Shown here: positions 10,001-18,422 of the stretch, piece after piece
How the letters are laid out: every line of letters starts with the position of its first letter
How positions within the stretch are numbered: position 1 is the stretch's first letter
From: Candidatus Hydrogenedentota bacterium
GTDB lineage: Bacteria > Hydrogenedentota > Hydrogenedentia > Hydrogenedentales > CAITNO01
Length of the DNA: 64,000 nt
Assembly: GCA_012730105.1 (NCBI GenBank)
Contig: JAAYBJ010000278.1
Location: forward strand, 444 to 64,443
Reading direction: 5' to 3'
Translations under genes and position numbers: made by a program
Notes under the pieces: model-generated
Database searches by the model: none
Told to the model about the DNA's origin: nothing
The model's input: the letters and a program-made list of their open reading frames with translations, nothing else

Positions 10001-11785
10001 GAGACCAAGGGTGTGCTGGGCGATTTTGAGTACGGACTGGAGGAACCCGCCAAAGTGATAGTCCCGGCATCCGGTATTACATTGAATCCAACGGTCTTGC
10101 GTTTCGGCACCGGCCGCCTGCATATCCAGGGGCGGCAGGAGGGCGACAACCTGTCGGCCGAGACGCGCGTGGAGGCGTTGCCCCTCGCCGCCGGAGCCAT
10201 GTTCGGCATACCTCTTCTGACGGGAACACTTGACGCGGATATGTCCTTGAACGGCAGCCTATCCGATCCTCTTGTAAAGATAGCTTTCAGCCTCAACGAG
10301 GTGCGGTTGCAGAACGAGTCGGCGGCGGGTCTTGCGCCCCTGGAAGCCCATGGTGAATTTTCCTTGACATCGGCAGGATTCGAGACCACCGTCAAAGCGG
10401 ACATGAAAGATACCCTGCGCTTGGAATGTCAGGCGGCTTTGGCGGCCCGGGTGCAGTTGATACCCTGGGTATTGGACGCGTCCGCGGATACAGGCCTGTC
10501 AGGCAAGGCAATGTTTGAGATTCAATTTGAGAAGCTCCTCGCCGCGCTGGGACTGGACGAACACTATCTCGAAGGGACGGCATCCGGCGAGTTTAGCCTC
10601 GCCGGGGGACTGTACCGGCCTGACATTCGGGGCGAGGCGGCGTTGCGCCAGGCCGTCTATGAAAACACCAAAACAGGAACCCGGCTGCAAAATCTTAACG
10701 CAACCCTCACAGCGGAAGACGGCATCCTGCGCCTTACGGAATGCACGGCGGATATGGGGGGGCAGAAAAACATGTCCGCTTCCGGAGAAATGCGCCTGCT
10801 CTACGCGGAACAGTTTCCTTTCAAGGGCACAGTCCACCTGTCCGACGCCCGTTTTGCGGATCTGGATTATATGAACGGCCGTGTGAATGGCGACCTGAAT
10901 GTGGAAGGCTCCCTAAAGGACATGCTGCTCAAAGGAGACATCAAGGTAACGCCCGTCGAGGTGTCCATGCCGGATGAGATGCCCGTAAAAGAACTGCCCG
11001 TGCTTGAAGTCACCGAGATCCGGGACGGCCAGGCGGTCAAGCAGGAGGAGGAGAAGGGGCCCGGTTTTGCGGATCGCGTAAGGCTTGACATCAAGTGCGA
11101 CATCCCCGGCAAGGTGTACGCGCGTGCCCCCATTCTGGATTCCGAATGGGGAGGGAAACTGCATGTCGGCGGAACCCTCGCCGAGATGCGGATTGACGGA
11201 AGAGTCGCGGTACTGCGGGGGCATCTTGATTTCTTGAACCGGCGCTTCCAGTTGCGCGACAGTGCGTTGTTGTTCCTGGACGGTTCCCCGGAAAAGCCAT
11301 ACCTGGACATGCAGGCCGTTGTGGAAACGTCCTCCCTTTCAGCAAGGCTGACGTTGAAGGGAGAACTGGACGATGTCAAGATTGAGTTGTCGTCAGACCC
11401 GGTGCTGCCGCAGGATGAAATTCTGGCGCAGATCCTTTTCGGGCGCAACCTGTCACGCTTGTCGCCCGTGCAGGCCATTCAACTGGCCCGCGTCGCGGCC
11501 ATGTTTAACCAGGGCTTTGCCGGGGTCCCCTTCTTTTCAGGAAACATAAAATTGCCGGGTATCGATCGCCTCGATTTGCGCACCGGGGAACGGGCTGATG
11601 AAACGGCGGTCGGCATGGGCAAATACTTCACCGATTCGGTCTATGTCGAGGTGGAACAGGGCACGACCACGGACAGCAGCCGCGTTTCCGTCGAGGTGGA
11701 GGTGACGCCGCAGATTTCCGTCAAGGGGGACGCCGATGCCAAGGAACGCAGCGGAGTCGGCCTTTTCTGGAAAAAGGATTATTAG
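7052..11785 (+). CDS. tamB: Translocation and assembly module protein TamB (DUF490 C-terminus)
   Basis: 1577 aa. N-terminal TM anchor (LYCAVGMLVLFFAAAV), long beta-rich body, C-terminal DUF490-like end ...GVGLFWKKDY. Translationally coupled to tamA. Confidence 0.75.
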   Translation: MRDATRIRRWLRRGLYCAVGMLVLFFAAAVTIQTPPGKAMLVRGITYFVNQHTSFTIEIEGLSGWLPGQVRLASLYLADTRGPFVDIEDLDLRLVSAQLLRGRIRLTKLDIGHLKLWNRPIPKQKWRIPRIPEIPVWPHIDALNIKRMVLDEAVMGREAELAITGKVTPVEGASFPETALEITGPETADTTRASFSFHYVDGLPQIWLEAYDESLLPAFLDVPPPLVAQVDGRGGRADWKGRVAVTAGDDDTLFEGDARLMEGVSSTVEADLMINVTRTPFLSDYAEYLGGRLDARLAAVLDGNGLLAVKSCDITSEFLKAVLGGEIQLEQKQAGLSLRVAHADISRIPGMDADKGVLPAELDLEIKGPFSELAVAGKASVSTMVVLEADLRGGLAETASLGGVVTVYPGRLPLVKMPYTGGESLRLDFDGSFDEQAGVLQVKHADVTAAGAHLTFQGNYVPEQPALNLKAHLDAPDLATTGALFGFALTGGMAGDVESSGGESGLEFTLKLEGSGLEAFSVSGQQALVTVQGRCGEWHRMPPRAVSATVNAQGQGLILADRHAGDWNLAINVEADDWTKLKARDMLLTDGNARLTGEGVFALSEKHLDLELQADVSSLAALPVDIEGLPDGSLNARANIGGTFQPLSLDLRLDTDLGALGGLPAPVAALTGNEVHLGAEGVISTEAIRFPRFVVSGRACQVEGNASYGMQSGEVLAGVRVTVPDLKPVGAALTKKLSGGMSLEAELRGPVRDLSAHADIRGTDIVFEANPSAQMNVALEGSGLSGEHPEVSLDARMEIGGEAMSATGLATLDAGRIVVAPMKLKSGANEVSGRIAYNLDSRKPEAELTAALNDLQSLGRMAGAACSGSADGKVTLDDGAITADMKARSVTYGSMKAADIHLSTRMKHDGKGYSGTTGMDASGIQAGMAGLSSLKINVDGGLNEAAMTIAAEGALTGGATESQPFTLRVKSRVFPGERSVIVEETKGVLGDFEYGLEEPAKVIVPASGITLNPTVLRFGTGRLHIQGRQEGDNLSAETRVEALPLAAGAMFGIPLLTGTLDADMSLNGSLSDPLVKIAFSLNEVRLQNESAAGLAPLEAHGEFSLTSAGFETTVKADMKDTLRLECQAALAARVQLIPWVLDASADTGLSGKAMFEIQFEKLLAALGLDEHYLEGTASGEFSLAGGLYRPDIRGEAALRQAVYENTKTGTRLQNLNATLTAEDGILRLTECTADMGGQKNMSASGEMRLLYAEQFPFKGTVHLSDARFADLDYMNGRVNGDLNVEGSLKDMLLKGDIKVTPVEVSMPDEMPVKELPVLEVTEIRDGQAVKQEEEKGPGFADRVRLDIKCDIPGKVYARAPILDSEWGGKLHVGGTLAEMRIDGRVAVLRGHLDFLNRRFQLRDSALLFLDGSPEKPYLDMQAVVETSSLSARLTLKGELDDVKIELSSDPVLPQDEILAQILFGRNLSRLSPVQAIQLARVAAMFNQGFAGVPFFSGNIKLPGIDRLDLRTGERADETAVGMGKYFTDSVYVEVEQGTTTDSSRVSVEVEVTPQISVKGDADAKERSGVGLFWKKDY

Positions 11786-11805
11786 ATAGTGTCCTTTCTT
11801 CCGGG

Positions 11806-13035
11806 TCAACGATTCAGGATTGCCTTGACCTGTTCCGTCACAAAAGGCGCCACGGTTTCCGCGTAGAGCGCATGCCCTTCCGGAGTCAGATGGCCGTCCA
11901 GTTCGAAAAACAAACCGCTGCGGTCCGCCTGTTCGCGAAAGGCGGCCGTGGCCGTAACGCAGGGGAGCCCGGCGCCCTGGCTTGCAAGTTCCGTTCCGCG
12001 GTCGGGAGCGTCCGTGGTCAGCATGTCTTCGATGACTTCAAAGCCCAGGCGCTGCACGTTTTCATAGGACGGACGGTTTACATAAGGTCCCAGAGGAATG
12101 CCGAGTACCGCGGTCTCTGCGCCGCAGTATTCCGCGACCGTGCGGATATAGGTGAGGCTGCCTGCAGTCTTGTCTATGGCTTGCTGCATGGTGGTCGTGT
12201 CCAGCGCCAGGCGCCATACATAGTAATTAGGCCCGTTGAGCGCGCTTAATACCATGAAGGGATTCAGGTTGCCGCTCAGGGCGCGTTCCCGGACCAGCGG
12301 GTCCAATTGCTCAAAGCGCGCGCGGGCTTCGGGCGTGGCCTGTTCCAACTGCACGCGCATGGCATTGGCGTCCAGTTCGCGGTTTAACTGGCTGGATTTC
12401 ACCTGCGGCGGCGTAACATCGTCCTGATTTTCTTTTTCCCGTTCCCAGGGTTGTTTCTGGCGCATTAACCGCATGATATTCGGGAAGGAAGCCCGGACCC
12501 ACGCCAGCGCGTCGTTCCATTCCGCTTCAAGCACCGGCGGGTCGCCCACCTCGATATCATCCTGCAGAATACCCACCAGCACCAGGTCTGGTTTCAAGAC
12601 GGGAATAATTTTTTTAGCGAAGTTGGCATAGTCCGCCGGACCTGCGCCGGGACTGCCGCAGTTGATGATTTCCACCTCTAAGCCGGAATCCTGCAAATGT
12701 GTTTCAAGCCTTTTGAGCCAGGTGTCTTCCAGGTTCACGCCAAAGCCGTATGTAAAAGAGTCCCCCAGCGCGATGACGCGGCAGGCGGCGCGCTTTTCGG
12801 GATCGATCTCGTGGTCGCGAAGCCCCAGCTGATTAATGCTGACGGTGTAAGAGAATTCCGCCGTTTCAAAGGATTCTTCCGAACCCGGAGGGAAAAGCAA
12901 TTGCATTTTCCCCGCCTGTTCTTTTTCCGGGTTCGCAAGCCCGGCCGTATATTCCAAAGCGACTATAAGTAACGCCACGGCGAGCAGAGACGCGCCCAGC
13001 AATGCCAAGTTCTTTAGTACTGTGAAAATTTTCAT
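11806..13035 (-). CDS. SGNH/GDSL-family hydrolase, secreted
   Basis: N-terminal signal/anchor. GDSL block VIALGDSFTYGFGV. Confidence 0.65.
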   Translation of the reverse strand: MKIFTVLKNLALLGASLLAVALLIVALEYTAGLANPEKEQAGKMQLLFPPGSEESFETAEFSYTVSINQLGLRDHEIDPEKRAACRVIALGDSFTYGFGVNLEDTWLKRLETHLQDSGLEVEIINCGSPGAGPADYANFAKKIIPVLKPDLVLVGILQDDIEVGDPPVLEAEWNDALAWVRASFPNIMRLMRQKQPWEREKENQDDVTPPQVKSSQLNRELDANAMRVQLEQATPEARARFEQLDPLVRERALSGNLNPFMVLSALNGPNYYVWRLALDTTTMQQAIDKTAGSLTYIRTVAEYCGAETAVLGIPLGPYVNRPSYENVQRLGFEVIEDMLTTDAPDRGTELASQGAGLPCVTATAAFREQADRSGLFFELDGHLTPEGHALYAETVAPFVTEQVKAILNR

Positions 13036-13331
13036 CCCGGTTCATACTCCTTGATCCCGGCAGTAACCGTGTTTGTCGCCGAGCGGTGGTTCATTATCCT
13101 ATCAGACGGAGATGAAAGGTGTCCATGCCGGCCGGTATTTCTTGTAGGCCGGGAGAAGCGGAACAGGGGAAACTGACTGCATGTTTTTCCTGACCTGAAT
13201 ATGTGGTACGCCACGGAGTGTTTAAAAGCGACAGAGCGTATCCCGCCTTTCTGTTTTGCCCTGGCAAAAGTTAACAAATAAGGTTATCAATGAAGGGTGG
13301 AGCCCCTTGTTTATGTGCATCACTTTGAAAC

Positions 13332-13565
13332 AACGTCATTCCGGTTTTTCGCGGTGAGAAGAGCGGGGTATCGAAGGTTTTAACTGGGCCGCGAAAAGAC
13401 CGGAACCCATCTTTAGAAGCCGTTGGCAGGAACAATATCTGTACAATCCGCTTGGGACAAAATTTTATCCTTGAGCGGCATTAATCTGGATTCCGGTCTT
13501 TTTCGCGTTATCCGGCGGCGCACTTTGATACACGGTATATCTTGCGAAAAAACCGGAATGACGTT
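13332..13565. repeat. Nested inverted repeats (four copies of CCGG-N-TTTTTCGCG / CGCGAAAA-N-CCGG) in divergent promoter region
   Basis: Copy A is ccggtttttcgcgg (13341-13354) and copy B is ccgcgaaaagaccgg (13389-13403); they form hairpin 1. Copy C is ccggtctttttcgcg (13493-13507) and copy D is gcgaaaaaaccgg (13544-13556); they form hairpin 2. The outer flank aacgtcattccgg (13332-13344) is the reverse complement of ccggaatgacgtt (13553-13565). Confidence 0.6.
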
Positions 13566-13837
13566 CGTTGATGTCGTTTATAAGCGAAAGCGGGATTCTT
13601 TGATACAGGTTTGTTCTCTCCCTTTTCTTGTTTTGCCCTGTCACTGTTGTCCGGTGGTTAGATTGATGTCATTTGCACCCCGCTCGCCTGTTTACAATGC
13701 TTATCCGGCTGTCCGGGTCCCATGTTTTTATCGACAATTTATTGACAAATCGAATCCTTGCGACGAATGCTTGTAAAATAACAGCCTTGTGAATTCTTCG
13801 GTTTAGGTGTTGCGAGAGTAACGCAAAGGATTTTCTT

Positions 13838-14863
13838 ATGAATTCGTCTGTAATACAGGAAACCGCTGCCGTACAAAAACCCGCACATGAGCTTAGGAAA
13901 TATATTTCATGGCTTTTCGCAGTCATCATTACTGTTTTAGTCGCGGGCGTGGTATTGGAGGTGGCCGGCAGGTATTATATCCGCCTTAGAACCGACCAAC
14001 TGCCCGTTGTCTTCGGCAATGCCAACTGGGGCGGCCTGCATGAATACGATCCCGACTTGCTTTGGAAGATGCTGCCCAATCAGAAGGATTACCTGTGCCC
14101 CTATCCCGTTTCCACCAACAGCCTCGGGCTGAGAAGCAAAGAATTGCGCCCCGTGGAGGGGCAATTCCGTATTCTCGCCCTTGGCGATTCCCGCACTTTC
14201 GGGGATGCGGCCGGCAACGAACACACCTGGCCGGCCTTGCTCGAACAACAACTGAACGCATGGGTTCCCGGTAATTTTGAAGTCATTAATGCCGGCGTGG
14301 GGGGATACAGTGCCTACCAGGGGATGCGATTCCTTGAAAAATACGTCTGTGACCTGAAACCCCAACTGGTTATTGCGTGTTTCGGCACCAACGAATGGGG
14401 CGAGGTGTCGCAGGGCGCCGGAGGCCTGGTGGATTGGGACGACCTCACCCGGCGCTGGGGCGTTGAAGTATTGCTGCGCGAGGCGGTCAAAGGCGCGGCG
14501 GCAATCGTAGAGCCTTCCCCATTTGGACCCCGCCGGATGCGCATGAGCCCGGGGGAGTTTACGGACGCCTATGTGCGGATGCGCAAACTGAGCCTGCAAG
14601 TGGGTGCTGGATTTGCCGTCATGTACCTGCCCTCGGATCAGGAAGTTGCCCAAACGCCCCGCATCGCCACGATTGTTGAATCACTCACGGCAGGTATCGC
14701 GGGCTACATCGGCGCGGACTTTCTGAATCCCAAATCTATGTTTCCGGACCATTGTGAGCACCTCTACGCCGATCCCATACATTTTACACCCGCCGGGAAC
14801 CAGCTCATTGCGGGCTATATTGCGGATACCTTGTTTCGCCAGTATCAGAAGCAGGCATCCTGA
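13838..14863 (+). CDS. SGNH/GDSL-family hydrolase, membrane-anchored (paralog of 11806..13035)
   Basis: N-terminal TM (ISWLFAVIITVLVAGVVL). GDSL block ILALGDSRTFGDAAG. Confidence 0.65.
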   Translation: MNSSVIQETAAVQKPAHELRKYISWLFAVIITVLVAGVVLEVAGRYYIRLRTDQLPVVFGNANWGGLHEYDPDLLWKMLPNQKDYLCPYPVSTNSLGLRSKELRPVEGQFRILALGDSRTFGDAAGNEHTWPALLEQQLNAWVPGNFEVINAGVGGYSAYQGMRFLEKYVCDLKPQLVIACFGTNEWGEVSQGAGGLVDWDDLTRRWGVEVLLREAVKGAAAIVEPSPFGPRRMRMSPGEFTDAYVRMRKLSLQVGAGFAVMYLPSDQEVAQTPRIATIVESLTAGIAGYIGADFLNPKSMFPDHCEHLYADPIHFTPAGNQLIAGYIADTLFRQYQKQAS

Positions 14864-14905
14864 TGGCCGGGCGGCTTGCCCGGAAGGAAACGTCGTGCCT
14901 GCCTG

Positions 14906-17900
14906 TCAGTTAGAGGGAGCGGGTGGGTTTGTACCGGGAGTTTCCAGCGCCCTTTTACGTGTCAGGGCTTCCTCATGTTCCGGATGGTTGACCAGAATGC
15001 GTTCGTACAAGGCCAGGGCTTCTTCCTGTCGGCCCGCTTTTTCATATTCCCGCGCGAGATACAGGGCCGGTATGACGGCCGCCGGATGAAGTTCGTGTAA
15101 CTTTTCCCAGACCTGAATACTTTCTTCCGGACTACCCATGGATGCAAGCAACTCACCGAGTTTTTGGGCGCTGTAGGGGGACTCGGGCATGGTTTTAAGT
15201 ACTAATTTGTATTGTTCGGCAGCCGCTTCCGGTTCATCGTTTCCGGCCAGCTGATCGGCATGTTGTACCAGCCGATGCGGGTCTGCGGGGGAAAGCGAAG
15301 CGGTTTCCCAGTAAATCGCCTTGGCGAAGGTGTCATTGCCGTCCCGGGTATAGTTTTCCGCGAGACGGCATAGTTCCTCAATAAAAACCGGACCCAGTTC
15401 CGGGTCCAGTTTCACCCCCTTGTCCATAAGCGCGCGGCCTTGGGCATACTCCGTTTTCAAGGCGACCAGGGCGCCGTAATGGATGAGGGTTTTCGGGTGG
15501 TCTTCGTGGTTCTTCAGGATATCCTCGTACAGGACCAATGCCTCATCCTGACGCTCGATTATCTCGTATCGTTGGGCAAGATGCAGGGCGGGCGTGATGG
15601 CCTGCGGAAAGTCCCGCCGCAGCGTTTCCCAAAATTGCACTTGATAGTCCGCCATCCCGTTCCGTGCACAGGCGGTGTCGAATTGTGTTGCGCTGTAAGG
15701 CGATTCGGGGGCGGCTTTTAGCACGCCGACATATAGTTCCGCGGCGGCATGGGTGTTGCCCTGGGCCAGGAGGGTGTCAGCCAAGTGGGTCTGGTGCCAC
15801 AGGTCGTCCGGGGCAAGCGCCACGGCCTGCCTGTAAAGTCGCTCCGCCTGCGCTAAGTCGCCGCTGGCGGCCAGTTCCGCGGCGATCGTGGCCAGTTCCA
15901 CCGCATACGCGCCCCCGGTATGGAGTTCATAGCCGCTCAGGCGGAACAAGGCGTCGGCACGCGCCACGGGATCCGGTAGACGGGGAATGAGCGTCTTGAT
16001 CCTGTCGGCATAAGGACGATGGCCGGGATAGCGCGACAGGAGTTGAAAATACGCCTCTACGGCCTTGGCCGCGCTGCCCGATTTCCAGTACCGGTATTCA
16101 ACGGGCAGCATCAAGGCCGACTTTTCCCACCCGAAACGCTTGCAGGCCTTGAAATCGTCTGGGTTTCGCGTCAGGCGCATGAAAAGCAGCCAGGGCAGGG
16201 CATCATGGTTTTCCACATAATACATTCCGTTGTAAAGGGGGGCCATGTCAGGGCGCAGACCGATGCCGGAGAATTTATTGGTGCCCGCCGAATGTACCAG
16301 CAGGTTGGCCAGTGGCGTGTTGCTGAAACGGTGTTTGGTCAGGAGGAACTCGGTGGGAGTGTAATCCGCCAATTCATAGACGGGTATGAAGTAAAGGAGG
16401 TCGCCCTCGACTCCGGGTGAGGCTGGCAGGATGATTTCACGGGTCAGGTAGGCGCCCCGCTGGGGTTCGTAAAGAATCTTTATCGGGAAGGCGTATTCGG
16501 CGGGTTTCAGGGAAAGAACAATATAGGACGTCGCCGCGTCTCCAAGCGGCAGGTTCCAGGATTCTTCCAGCCCGGGCAAGGTCCGGACCGGCTGGTATAC
16601 CTGGTAGCCGCCTTCCGTCTCTGTCGTGGTGTCCAGCGGAATCCGGGATGTGTGGCCATAGGATGCCGCCAGGTGTCGCACCTGGGCGGCCTGCACCTGC
16701 CGCAGGGCAATCAGGAGCGATGCGCATGCTGCAATCGTAAGCAGCAGGACGCCCGCCGTTTCCGCAAATGCCCGCGCCATGGAAACAGGCGTTACTCCTT
16801 CGGGGAGCGCTTGGTCTGCCTCGGTGTGGCTGACCCGGCGCGAAGTTGTCCGGAAAAGCGCATGCAACAGGAATAACAACGCCCAAGGCACCACAAAGGC
16901 AAGATGAAAGGCGTGCCGTACCTGGAACAGCAGGCTCGGGTACGCCATGAAATATCCCAGAATGATGAGGACCGCCAGCAGCATGCGGCGGCTGTGCAGG
17001 CCGACAAGGAATAATGCGGCCAGAACGAATAGCGGTCCCCAGGGTTCCATGAATTTCGCGTATGGCGTGTGCCAGGCGAACAGACGCCAGTCGCTTAACG
17101 CGGCGCCTGTCTGTGTGTACGCCGGGCTTTTCAAGGTCAGGCCCGTCAATTGCTGCACGGTTTCAATGGAGGCCAGGCCGCGCGCGAACAGGTCGGCCGG
17201 GAATGTACGCGCCCATTCTTTGAAGAGCAGGCGTCCCGCACGGGCGTAGGCCGGGCTCAGGTACAGCGACATGGGCTCCGTGTCCCCCCGCATACGGGCG
17301 TGGGCGTTGATTACGGCATGGGTTTCCGGATCGCTGGGAGTCAGCAACAGGTCATAGGAGGCGTCGCCGAAGGACATGGCCTGTTCCGCCTCGCGGCTCA
17401 GCCCCTGAAAAAGGGTGTGGGTGGTAACGCTTCCAGATTCATGGCGCATGCCGCGCAGCACGGGCAGTGCGCACAAGCCGAACAGGGCGAGCAGCAGCAG
17501 GGCGGCGCCCGCCCGGACAAAGGGACGATAGCCTCCCCGCAGGGGCGCCGTCGGCAACAGGACAAATGCGACGGGCAGACAGATCAGGATGTCCTGTCGA
17601 AACCCGTAGCCTGCGCCCAATACAAGTGCCAGACACAGTATCCGCATCAGGAAGCCTGCGGGAGATTGTCTGCGGTGCAAGATCCGAAACGCAACGGCAA
17701 TGAACAGAAGTATGAACGGGGCCTTGCTGAAATCGCGGAGGGAGGGCATCAACAGCAGAAACGGCGGCAGCAGCAGGGTGAACAGCGCGCCGGCGCAGGC
17801 AAAAAGACGGTTCATGCCCAGGCGGAAGAGGAGGTACAGGGAAAGCGCGGCAAAAGCGCCCAGCATCCCGGCAAGCACGTGGAGGGCCGCGTAGTCAATG

Positions 17901-18304
17901 CCCAGCAGGCGCCAAGTCCAGCCCACACTGTAGAACAACAGCCAGTGGGTCAGGGGAAAGGTGTCCGCATAGGAACCGAAAATAGGGGGGCCTGAAAAGT
18001 CGGCGGGAAGCAATGCGGGATCAAAGCGGGTCGTGCGGCCGTTCAAAAAGGCCTCCAGTTCCGGCGGCACGCCGTGCACCGGCAGTATCATTCCCCTGCC
18101 GGAGGCGAACAGGGCCGCTGGCCCGAAAGAGGGCAGCAGGTCGCCGAGGGGACTGCCCGATGTCCCGTGTACCGTTTTGCTGACCTGCCAAGAGAGTAGT
18201 CCCCCCACAAAAGCCGTCGTCAATACCAGGATCACGGTCAAAAGCCAATGCGCACGAGAATAGATGTTCCGTTTTTGCATGGTTTCTGGCCGCATGATGT
18301 TCAA
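14906..18304 (-). CDS. Large polytopic membrane protein with C-terminal TPR array (TMTC-like architecture; family not verified)
   Basis: 1132 aa. N-terminal ~480 aa have ~10 hydrophobic helices. The C-terminal ~600 aa are TPR-like repeats (e.g. AERLYRQAVALAPDDLWHQTHLADTLLAQGN). Confidence 0.55.
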   Translation of the reverse strand: MNIMRPETMQKRNIYSRAHWLLTVILVLTTAFVGGLLSWQVSKTVHGTSGSPLGDLLPSFGPAALFASGRGMILPVHGVPPELEAFLNGRTTRFDPALLPADFSGPPIFGSYADTFPLTHWLLFYSVGWTWRLLGIDYAALHVLAGMLGAFAALSLYLLFRLGMNRLFACAGALFTLLLPPFLLLMPSLRDFSKAPFILLFIAVAFRILHRRQSPAGFLMRILCLALVLGAGYGFRQDILICLPVAFVLLPTAPLRGGYRPFVRAGAALLLLALFGLCALPVLRGMRHESGSVTTHTLFQGLSREAEQAMSFGDASYDLLLTPSDPETHAVINAHARMRGDTEPMSLYLSPAYARAGRLLFKEWARTFPADLFARGLASIETVQQLTGLTLKSPAYTQTGAALSDWRLFAWHTPYAKFMEPWGPLFVLAALFLVGLHSRRMLLAVLIILGYFMAYPSLLFQVRHAFHLAFVVPWALLFLLHALFRTTSRRVSHTEADQALPEGVTPVSMARAFAETAGVLLLTIAACASLLIALRQVQAAQVRHLAASYGHTSRIPLDTTTETEGGYQVYQPVRTLPGLEESWNLPLGDAATSYIVLSLKPAEYAFPIKILYEPQRGAYLTREIILPASPGVEGDLLYFIPVYELADYTPTEFLLTKHRFSNTPLANLLVHSAGTNKFSGIGLRPDMAPLYNGMYYVENHDALPWLLFMRLTRNPDDFKACKRFGWEKSALMLPVEYRYWKSGSAAKAVEAYFQLLSRYPGHRPYADRIKTLIPRLPDPVARADALFRLSGYELHTGGAYAVELATIAAELAASGDLAQAERLYRQAVALAPDDLWHQTHLADTLLAQGNTHAAAELYVGVLKAAPESPYSATQFDTACARNGMADYQVQFWETLRRDFPQAITPALHLAQRYEIIERQDEALVLYEDILKNHEDHPKTLIHYGALVALKTEYAQGRALMDKGVKLDPELGPVFIEELCRLAENYTRDGNDTFAKAIYWETASLSPADPHRLVQHADQLAGNDEPEAAAEQYKLVLKTMPESPYSAQKLGELLASMGSPEESIQVWEKLHELHPAAVIPALYLAREYEKAGRQEEALALYERILVNHPEHEEALTRKRALETPGTNPPAPSN

Positions 18305-18422
18305 ACCTGTCCCGTGGCTCTTGTGTGAGGACCCGTTCTCTTTAAACCCGTCAAAATAACAAGCGGACTTATTTTACGGGTTGTTGTGCAGAAAACACCA
18401 ATAACATTTCTGCCGCGACAAA

